NCBI GenBank assembly: GCA_048881705.1
Contig: JBHLSH010000027.1
Span: forward strand, 9,563 to 41,562
DNA: 32,000 bases
DNA from: Candidatus Heimdallarchaeota archaeon
Lineage (GTDB): Archaea; Asgardarchaeota; Heimdallarchaeia; Hodarchaeales; Hodarchaeaceae
Direction of reading: 5' to 3'
In this document: positions 25,821 to 32,000 of the stretch, piece by piece
How positions within the stretch are numbered: the first letter of the stretch is position 1
How the letters are laid out: each line of letters starts with the position of its first letter
Notes under the pieces: model-generated
Told to the model about the DNA's origin: nothing
What the model saw: only the letters and a program-made list of their open reading frames with translations
The model's database searches: none
Program-made: the position numbers and the translations under genes

Positions 25821-27209
25821 TTATGGATATTCAGGATGAACACTATGCGGGGGAATAATCTTATCAGGAGAGTTCAAGGCTTCAATATACCGCTGCTGAG
25901 CCGCAGGTTCGCCGTGAATTGGCAAAATTTTGGTTGGACTTGTATATTTCGCGACCTCGAGGAGTCCTCCCTGTGACGCATGGCCAGAGAATTGGAACCG
26001 CTTGACCTCCAATTCAAGGTTAACATTATAGAGGCCTCCAAAACCGTTGTTCAGCAAAATTTGTCTCTGCCCTGCGGCTATATCTGCTCCTACAGTCCCC
26101 TCAACTTGATAGCCCACAATATAAAGGCCATTTTTTGGATCACTACCCAAATCGAACTTTCCCAGATACTCATAAATTGGACCGCCCTCTATCATACCCG
26201 ATGTCGTCAATATGATAACTGGTTGTTCCTGATTTGCCAGGAATGCCCGTTTCTTATTTCTTCCTCCAGTTGGAAGGATCTCGTCAATTTTGTGGATACC
26301 TTCATGGTCAAACGGTGATTTGTATCCATTCTCTTTTAGAAAACTAAGTAATCGTTTGGATACCCATTTTTCGGTTAAATACCGGCCATAGATCTTGTTG
26401 ATATCAAGAATCATGCCATCTATCCAGAGCTGATATGAATCTAGAAACGTATCAAACTCCTGGATCAAGTAGGTTTGAATTTCTTGTGAACGACCCAATG
26501 CAAATGAGGGTATTATCGCTTTTCCCCCTCGGGAATAACATTGTAATAATTTCTGCGTTAACTTTGAGGTTGTCTCCTTGCGTGATGGCAAGGGTCGAGT
26601 AGCATTGGTAGTTTCTGTAATCAATATGTCGATGGGTTCATCCAAAGAATCATTAATGAAAATCGGATCATGAAAAGGCGTTTTGGCGTCATTTATGTCT
26701 CCCGTATAGAAAATGCGGGTTCCATCCCAATCAAGCAGAATGCACGCGCTACCTAGTATGTGACTAGCATCATAAAATTCAGCGGAAATGCCATCCAAAA
26801 GCCGAAAGGATTGGTTGTAATTGTGAGGAACAGAATTTCGAAGGGCGTAATTGAGATGACGAAGACTATAATGAGTTTCTCCCTCGATTTTTAAATGGTC
26901 TTTCCATAAGATTTTCACGATATCTTTTGTAGGTGCCGTTAGATGGATGTCACCACCATATCCCCAACGATATAGGGCTGGAACATATGCTGAATGGTCT
27001 ATATGAGCGTGGGAAACCAATACGACATCTATATCGGGGCTGAGGTCATCGAGCTGAGCGGGTGGAGACGATCGTTGATCTGATCTTCTCGGATGAAGTT
27101 GAATACCTGCATCCAAGATGATCCGTCTATCCCTGTCTGAAATCATAATACATGATTTCCCAACGGAGTCTGCGGCCCCAAGCACTGTAACTGTGAGCAT
27201 TTCGATCAA
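25821..27209 (-). CDS. beta-CASP family metallo-beta-lactamase ribonuclease (aCPSF2 / archaeal RNase J-like, no KH domains)
   Basis: LGAADSVGKSCIMI..., HxHxDH as VLVSHAHIDHSAYVP, beta-CASP region (ILITETTNA, IPSFALGRSQE), and C-terminal FSGHASQGGL...ILPIHGE. An ATG at 27200 is an alternative to TTG 27209. Confidence 0.85.
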   Translation of the reverse strand: MIEMLTVTVLGAADSVGKSCIMISDRDRRIILDAGIQLHPRRSDQRSSPPAQLDDLSPDIDVVLVSHAHIDHSAYVPALYRWGYGGDIHLTAPTKDIVKILWKDHLKIEGETHYSLRHLNYALRNSVPHNYNQSFRLLDGISAEFYDASHILGSACILLDWDGTRIFYTGDINDAKTPFHDPIFINDSLDEPIDILITETTNATRPLPSRKETTSKLTQKLLQCYSRGGKAIIPSFALGRSQEIQTYLIQEFDTFLDSYQLWIDGMILDINKIYGRYLTEKWVSKRLLSFLKENGYKSPFDHEGIHKIDEILPTGGRNKKRAFLANQEQPVIILTTSGMIEGGPIYEYLGKFDLGSDPKNGLYIVGYQVEGTVGADIAAGQRQILLNNGFGGLYNVNLELEVKRFQFSGHASQGGLLEVAKYTSPTKILPIHGEPAAQQRYIEALNSPDKIIPPHSVHPEYP

Positions 27210-27334
27210 GCTATAAGGCGTATGATAGAGGAACGGTGGTTAATCAGGGTGAAAACTGGAGATCCACTGTTTTCTCTGCTGAAGCGACTAGAGAATTCCC
27301 ACAATAAGAATTTTCGGTTCTACATTTCGAACCA

Positions 27335-28105
27335 ATGGTTCGTCTAAGGAAAAATCTATATAACCAAAGAATTCTCTCCCTCCTTAGGTGTGCTTTGATG
27401 CCAGTCGACCCACAACAAATACCGCTTTCAGGAATCCCCATTGGCATTTTTTTGATGTTTTTGGGTTCACTCCTGGGACTAATTCCTTTGTATGACCTTG
27501 GATTTATAATATTCCTTGGTTCATTAGCATTAGTGTTTATTCAATGGATTAGTAGCGGGGGTATTGCAGAAATGTTAAATTGGCTTCCATTGATTCTGAT
27601 TCTGGCAATTGTCTTAACGCTTTCGTCAGATTTCGTGAGTCAATCACCTGAAACTCAAATTTTTACATGGCCTTTGATACTCGTGGTTTTAGTGGTGATC
27701 CTTGGTTTCATGTTCGCCCAAGGAGGGGATCTAAGTTTTATTATGCCTTTTCTACCATTTTTATTAGGAATTGGTATAATTGGAGTGGTGGGCGGGGAAT
27801 TATTGTGGCAAGACGCATTTAGGGGTTTAGCTTATAGTATTGGCTTTCTAGGGATTGTTGTTGTGCTTATTTGGCTGCGAGTCCGTAAAACCCAACGTAT
27901 GACACCCATAGTCGGGGACAAGGAACATATGATTGGAAAAACAGGACTAACTCTTAGTTTGATATCCCCTGATGTTGAAGGTCGCGTGAGGGTTGGAGGG
28001 ACAACTTGGAAGGCCCAATCCGAGGTTAAAATCTATGAGAATGAGCCAATTCAAGTCGTTGGTATCGAGGGCTTAGTTCTCAAAGTCAAACCAAAATCAG
28101 GATAA
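27335..28105 (+). CDS. NfeD-family membrane protein (TM region plus C-terminal OB-fold)
   Basis: Several TM helices followed by MIGKTGLTLSLISPDVEGRVRVGGTTWKAQSEVKIYENEPIQVVGIEGLVLKVKP, the NfeD C-terminal pattern (G..G.....L.P.G.V...G..W.A.S......G..V.V....G..L.V). The start is uncertain. Confidence 0.7.
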   Translation: MVRLRKNLYNQRILSLLRCALMPVDPQQIPLSGIPIGIFLMFLGSLLGLIPLYDLGFIIFLGSLALVFIQWISSGGIAEMLNWLPLILILAIVLTLSSDFVSQSPETQIFTWPLILVVLVVILGFMFAQGGDLSFIMPFLPFLLGIGIIGVVGGELLWQDAFRGLAYSIGFLGIVVVLIWLRVRKTQRMTPIVGDKEHMIGKTGLTLSLISPDVEGRVRVGGTTWKAQSEVKIYENEPIQVVGIEGLVLKVKPKSG

Positions 28106-28227
28106 CCTCTACTTCCTTGTTTTTTCGCTACTGTCCGTGTCAACGATCCCCCGGAAATTATATATTAGTCAGGATAAAATAATATCTATCGGATCAGAAT
28201 CACGATTTTGGATCTGTGACGAGTCAA

Positions 28228-28301
28228 GGGCCGGTGGTCTAGCTCGGTATGACGGCTCCCTCACACGGAGCAGGTCGATGGTTCAAATCCGTCCCGGCCC
28301 A
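28228..28301 (+). tRNA. tRNA-Val(CAC), intron-less
   Basis: Hand-folded. Acceptor GGGCCGG/CCGGCCC, discriminator A. D arm with AGCUCGGUA loop. Anticodon stem GCUCC/GGAGC with loop CU-CAC-AC. Variable loop AGGUC. T arm GAUGG-UUCAAAU-CCGUC. Confidence 0.9.
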
Positions 28302-28322
28302 TTTTCTTTTTTGGATGGTGAA

Positions 28323-30560
28323 TTATGTGGAAGATTCAAATGCATCCAAAATATACGAATATATGGTTTTTTCCTCTCCTGACGATTTGGCGAACAATCG
28401 TCGAACAATTAGCTCAGGCGTACTAGCTGCATATTGATAATATACAGGGGTACGATCTACCAACAGCTCTAAATCCTCTGAAAGTCCTTGAGCTTCAATT
28501 CCATCAATCCTTAGAGGCTCTTTGCTGTATTTTGCAATTTCTTGAGCGAGATGAGTGACGAAAATCCCCACAGAATGAGGTGATCGTCCTAATAAATCAA
28601 GAAAGGCGGCGATTACACGGGCAGATGCCCCCGGTTCAGAGATACTCTCCATTTCGTCTGCTAGAACCAAACGAGAATGCGGACTCATAATCATCTGCGA
28701 GAGGGTCTGTAACGTAGTTTCAAAAGCACCAGCATCCATCTGGCCTGCTGCCTTACGATAGTAATGGAGTTCCTTGAATCCCCCCAACAACGCTTTTTCA
28801 CACGGAATTGGGAGTCCCATCTGACCAAGGATTACCATTACGGCAAGTGAAACGATTAAAGTTGTCTTGCCTCCGCTATTGGCACCAGAAAGTAAGACAA
28901 TGCGTTCTCCGCTCACAACTCCATCGATCCTTCCAACTTCCCCTACTGCATAGGATACTGGCTGAACCTTTGCTCCGCCTTGTAGCTCCTGCTGGGTGAG
29001 AAACAGGTTACGACCGTTTTTAATTAATAATCCAGTTTTCGGAGATTCCCCAAGCTGAGGTAAGATCAATTGATATTCTGAAGCGAATTTTCCGAGCATA
29101 AAGAGGTAATCAAGTTCCAACATGTAATTTAATGCTTGTTTGGCAATGTTTTCATATTGTTTGAGTGTTTTGGCCAATCTAGTCTTTAGCTCAAAGGATT
29201 TGATGGCACGTCGTTGTCGAAGGTATGTCGTTAACCGGAAAACAATATCCTCAACGGGATCTACGGGATATCGAAGTTCCCGTGGAAATATTCCTACAAG
29301 GTATTCAATTTCCTCGTCCTGGAGGTCGAGGGCCTTGATAAGACTTTCTTCCGCTTTATTTATGATCTCTTCAACTGCCATAAAGAGTTCGTCATCCAAG
29401 TATTCTCGAAGGTTCGTTCGACCACTTTCGGGAGCGTATTGGGGATCTTCGGATGACATCCCCTTAATGAGAGCTAGTATTTTTTCTCCTCCGAGCTCAA
29501 CTGTAGACTGTTGGAGCTTTTTCTCAAGAGCCTCATTAAGCCCGATAAGAACTTCATCGAGTTTAGCTTCAAATAGCGTTTCTGCCCGTAACAAACGGGA
29601 GTATTCCACATTTAAGTCTGAGGTTGGTTCACCAGATTCTTCCAGATTCCCCAGCTGTTCTCCCATTTCTCTTAACATCTCGAGATCGAGATTTTCGATA
29701 TAGACACTTAACGCGGATGACGGTAGGGTTTGAAGGAGGTGGCTAAGGCCTGCAATTGATTCAAGCGTTCGCTTGTTTCTAGCGAAAAAACCTAGGGTTT
29801 TTTCCGGAACAATCTGAACTAGATCATTCCGGGCCGACTCGGCGACCGTCACAACATTGGGAAGACTGTCATCGAGAAGGATATCAGAGCCAATCCAGAT
29901 AATCTCATCATATCCTTTTGTATAATCGCTTATGCGCTCGATGTCATCAATCAGAGTAACCTCACAATGATAACCTACATCGGATGTGGAGAGATCGTTA
30001 AATAAATCTTTGTCGGGGGTGACAATTAATCTTGATGCAGTGTCAAGGCGTGTCTTTTGTTCCTTAAGAGGAGCTAAATTCCGCAAAAGTGTGTCATATT
30101 CCTTGAAAGAGTGAGGGGATGCCCCGATTAGTGATGCCAATTGTATTCCCCTATCAGCGACATTCTGACGGTTCCTGATTTTATCGTGTGCTGAAATAGG
30201 GAGGGGAAAGTAGAGATACAATTTTGAGCGAGAATATAGTGTATTTGCAAATTTAGCGATAATTTCAATCGTTTGATTGTAGATACGAATTGCATCCTCT
30301 GTTTTCAAGAAATTCCGAATATCTTCTCCCGTTTCCTGGAAATGCAGATTGCGGCACAAGCTTAAAGCGAATTTTTCCCCGATTCCTTCAATAGCTGAGA
30401 GTTCAGCTATCCGTGATTCGCGTAATGCCAGTAACACGGCAGCCTCACTTCCAAATGCGGCTACGAGCCTATCTGCCACAGAGGGCCCAATCCCACGAAT
30501 ATCTCGAAGGTTTGTTACACTCAAAGTCTGTTCCTTTCGCTTGGCTATCTTTTTAAACAT
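28323..30560 (-). CDS. MutS-family ATPase (archaeal MutS2/MutS5-like, no Smr domain) with two N-terminal helix-hairpin-helix motifs
   Basis: HhH motifs LRDIRGIGPSVADRL and LSAIEGIGEKFALSL. MutS domain V Walker A LLSGANSGGKTTLIVSLAVMVILGQMGLPIP. Walker B LVLADEMESISEPG. THL motif FVTHLAQE. Confidence 0.8.
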   Translation of the reverse strand: MFKKIAKRKEQTLSVTNLRDIRGIGPSVADRLVAAFGSEAAVLLALRESRIAELSAIEGIGEKFALSLCRNLHFQETGEDIRNFLKTEDAIRIYNQTIEIIAKFANTLYSRSKLYLYFPLPISAHDKIRNRQNVADRGIQLASLIGASPHSFKEYDTLLRNLAPLKEQKTRLDTASRLIVTPDKDLFNDLSTSDVGYHCEVTLIDDIERISDYTKGYDEIIWIGSDILLDDSLPNVVTVAESARNDLVQIVPEKTLGFFARNKRTLESIAGLSHLLQTLPSSALSVYIENLDLEMLREMGEQLGNLEESGEPTSDLNVEYSRLLRAETLFEAKLDEVLIGLNEALEKKLQQSTVELGGEKILALIKGMSSEDPQYAPESGRTNLREYLDDELFMAVEEIINKAEESLIKALDLQDEEIEYLVGIFPRELRYPVDPVEDIVFRLTTYLRQRRAIKSFELKTRLAKTLKQYENIAKQALNYMLELDYLFMLGKFASEYQLILPQLGESPKTGLLIKNGRNLFLTQQELQGGAKVQPVSYAVGEVGRIDGVVSGERIVLLSGANSGGKTTLIVSLAVMVILGQMGLPIPCEKALLGGFKELHYYRKAAGQMDAGAFETTLQTLSQMIMSPHSRLVLADEMESISEPGASARVIAAFLDLLGRSPHSVGIFVTHLAQEIAKYSKEPLRIDGIEAQGLSEDLELLVDRTPVYYQYAASTPELIVRRLFAKSSGEEKTIYSYILDAFESST

Positions 30561-30574
30561 GAATTCTAGAATTC
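30561..30574. promoter_or_regulatory. Perfect 14-bp palindrome GAATTCTAGAATTC abutting the MutS-like start codon
   Basis: Seen directly. The palindrome starts at the nucleotide next to the ATG (complement of 30558-30560). Its role is unknown. Confidence 0.3.
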
Positions 30575-30714
30575 TTTTTTGCTTTTTTCTCCTTTAACTC
30601 CCACACGGTACTAGTAAATTCGAAATTAAAGACGGTGTTGGGTTATATTTTCTCGACTCAACAGGAAATCTTCGATTCGCAATATTGACAGTCATAATCA
30701 TTACCAATCGTTAA

Positions 30715-31629
30715 TTAAATCCCAAGCTTCGTGATTCGTTTCGGATTCACCTCGCGAATAAAAGTATGTAGCTCAGCAAACGAGCAATGATCACTATATG
30801 GGAAAAAATGAACATCAAGGCGTTTGTGGGCCAGTTTTATTGCCCATCCCGTCGGTGATATCCGTAGTGCGTCCGAAATTTTGGGATGTAAGGAATTATC
30901 AATACCCTGGAGATTTTCAACCATTCTTCTGCTTCCAACAAAGACCTGAACATCCTGGCTATCCGTGAAAATATCCCATTCTCCACCAATTTCCTTAAAA
31001 ATCTCAATTTTTTGAGTAGGGGCCCAAATTTTTTTTCCAATAGCTTTACTAATTGTTTGAAACAAAATCTCTTTACCTATCTGGTAAGCGGACAACCAGA
31101 CATTTCTTTCCGGGTAATTCCCCGGGGCATGGATTAAGGTAAGGATATCCGAAATAAGCTCTCTACGAGAAGGAAAATCATATTTGGGATCTCTTCCATA
31201 CACGTAGTCCACGTATAAATGATCAGGATTTCTTATTAATTCCATCTCTTCAATGATGACTGAACCAAGACGAAAATCGCCTGTATACACTTCCTTCGTT
31301 CCATCATTATCTTCTATAACAAACATCAAACTTCCCAAACAATGATTGGCGTCTAGACAATGAACCCTAAAATCATCAAAGTCCAAAGATTGGCTAGGTT
31401 TGACGATTAGGCACTTTTCACGGGGAATTCGATGTAAAGCTTTGATAACCGCCGCTGTTTCTCGCGTACACACAACCGTAGAATCTTGAGCGGTAATAAT
31501 ATTCTTTAATCCTCTAGTATGGTCAGAATGGGCATGTGATAAGAAAAAATACCCAGATGAAGGTCTCCTCCGATCGTGTCTACCAAAAGGAAATTCATCG
31601 AAATAACTTCTGGCGATCGAAGAATACAT
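30715..31629 (-). CDS. SNM1/PSO2/Artemis-type DNA-repair metallo-beta-lactamase (MBL plus DRMBL C-terminal region)
   Basis: HxHxDH as FFLSHAHSDHTRGL; DANHCLGS; YTGDFR; C-terminal FFPYSDHCSFAELHTFIREVNPKRI, which resembles the DRMBL motif (YS.HSS..EL..FV..L.PK.I). Confidence 0.72.
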   Translation of the reverse strand: MYSSIARSYFDEFPFGRHDRRRPSSGYFFLSHAHSDHTRGLKNIITAQDSTVVCTRETAAVIKALHRIPREKCLIVKPSQSLDFDDFRVHCLDANHCLGSLMFVIEDNDGTKEVYTGDFRLGSVIIEEMELIRNPDHLYVDYVYGRDPKYDFPSRRELISDILTLIHAPGNYPERNVWLSAYQIGKEILFQTISKAIGKKIWAPTQKIEIFKEIGGEWDIFTDSQDVQVFVGSRRMVENLQGIDNSLHPKISDALRISPTGWAIKLAHKRLDVHFFPYSDHCSFAELHTFIREVNPKRITKLGI

Positions 31630-31816
31630 GTGGATTTCCTCTTGATATCTAATCGGGAAAATCTCTTGAATGGGTAATAAATGTGTTATGATTCAGTTTG
31701 GTTTATGAGTTTTCCAATTGGTTAATTTACGGTGGTAATCCTTATTCCTTCTTGTCCAAGAACGTGGAACGAGTAAAAGGCATCATCCTAGATATTAAAC
31801 CATCCAAAAGCAGATT

Positions 31817-31831
31817 GCGAAAATTTTTAAA
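31817..31831 (+). promoter_or_regulatory. BRE/TATA candidate (GCGAAA-ATTTTTAAA) upstream of the 5S-like locus
   Basis: Purine-rich hexamer followed by TTTTTAAA. The predicted start is near 31855, which is upstream of the 5S-like sequence. Confidence 0.35.
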
Positions 31832-31900
31832 GACTCTTAGAATCGCCTTTATGTGAATCTAAAGGTACAGAATCTCACGCTGTATCATGACATCGAGATC

Positions 31901-31979
31901 CTGCCGGAAGTTAAGCCGAGCTCCGTTCTGATCTGTACTGTTATGCGCGAGCTTACGGGAACATCAGAAAACGGGTATT
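31901..31979 (+). rRNA. 5S rRNA-like segment corresponding to roughly nucleotides 45-120 of a 5S
   Basis: The segment covers the loop C 3' side, helix II 3' strand, helices V/IV and helix I 3' strand. CCGGAAGUUAAGCCGAGCUCCGUUCUGAUCUGUACUGUUAUGCGCGAGCUUACGGGAACAUCAGAAAACGGG contains the conserved GGAAGUUAAGC, GUACUG, GCGCGAGC and GGGAAC blocks. Helix V is compensated: CUGAU 31928-31932 pairs with AUCAG 31963-31967. Confidence 0.6.
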
Positions 31980-32000
31980 GCCCGTTCATAGGGCTCGAGT
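31980..32000 (+). rRNA. 5S rRNA 5'-end-like segment (helix I 5' strand GCCCGUU plus CAUAGGGCUCGAG helix II strand), cut by the window end
   Basis: GCCCGUUCAUAGGGCUCGAG resembles archaeal 5S 5' ends (GCCC....CACAG.GAGCGGG). GCCCGUU pairs with AACGGG(U) at 31970-31976. GGGCUCG (31991-31997) pairs with CGAGCUC (31917-31923). Confidence 0.45.

Noticed and set aside
28137-28437. Two plus-strand ORFs (81 and 62 aa) spanning the tRNA-Val gene
   Set aside because: They read straight through a well-folded tRNA and into the antisense of the MutS-like gene, so they are spurious.
29140-29703. 187-aa plus-strand ORF inside the MutS-like gene
   Set aside because: Ser/Arg-rich low-complexity antisense translation, embedded in a CDS with clear family motifs.
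1-32000. Scan for CRISPR arrays, transposase/integrase genes, terminal inverted repeats and prophage-like blocks
   Set aside because: No regularly spaced repeats and no recognisable transposase, integrase or recombinase motifs in any listed ORF. The window looks like core chromosome rather than a mobile island.

Overview
Densely coded archaeal chromosomal segment, roughly 40-45% GC by eye, with many TTG/GTG starts and several tightly packed or overlapping genes. All functional calls come from reading motifs in the translations; no database search was possible. Recognisable content falls into five groups. (1) Translation and RNA processing: uL3 (partial), uS13-uS4-uS11, eL14, a 22-codon eL41 micro-ORF missed by the ORF track, Cbf5, TmcA, an EndA-family tRNA splicing endonuclease subunit, a PIN/PilT-ATPase/KH protein, a beta-CASP RNase, an intron-containing tRNA-Thr(CGU), tRNA-Val(CAC), and 5S rRNA-like sequence at the right edge. 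(2) A co-directional proteostasis cluster: hsp20, cdc48, a PAC2-like gene, a wHTH regulator and tmcA. (3) Membrane and lipid genes: GT2, CDP-alcohol phosphatidyltransferase, NfeD, and a polytopic protein with a Pro/Thr-rich tail. (4) Genome maintenance: a MutS-like ATPase with HhH motifs next to an SNM1/PSO2-type metallo-beta-lactamase nuclease. (5) Uncharacterised modules. No CRISPR array, transposase or integrase was seen. The most interesting candidates are these. (a) An operon of two paralogous coiled-coil plus winged-helix proteins coupled to an orphan AmmeMemoRadiSam-type radical SAM enzyme, whose stop codon overlaps that of a convergent JAMM/MPN+ gene. (b) A membrane-anchored helical-repeat protein ending in a cross-brace RING/PHD-like zinc finger. 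(c) The MutS-like plus SNM1-like nuclease pair. (d) A 5S rRNA locus whose gene order looks permuted or partially duplicated. (e) An EndA paralog with no histidine in its catalytic domain, translationally coupled to a PIN-ATPase-KH protein. The eukaryote-like components (RING-like finger, SNM1, eL41, eL14, Cdc48, JAMM) suggest an uncultivated Asgard/TACK-type archaeon, but that is inference only.
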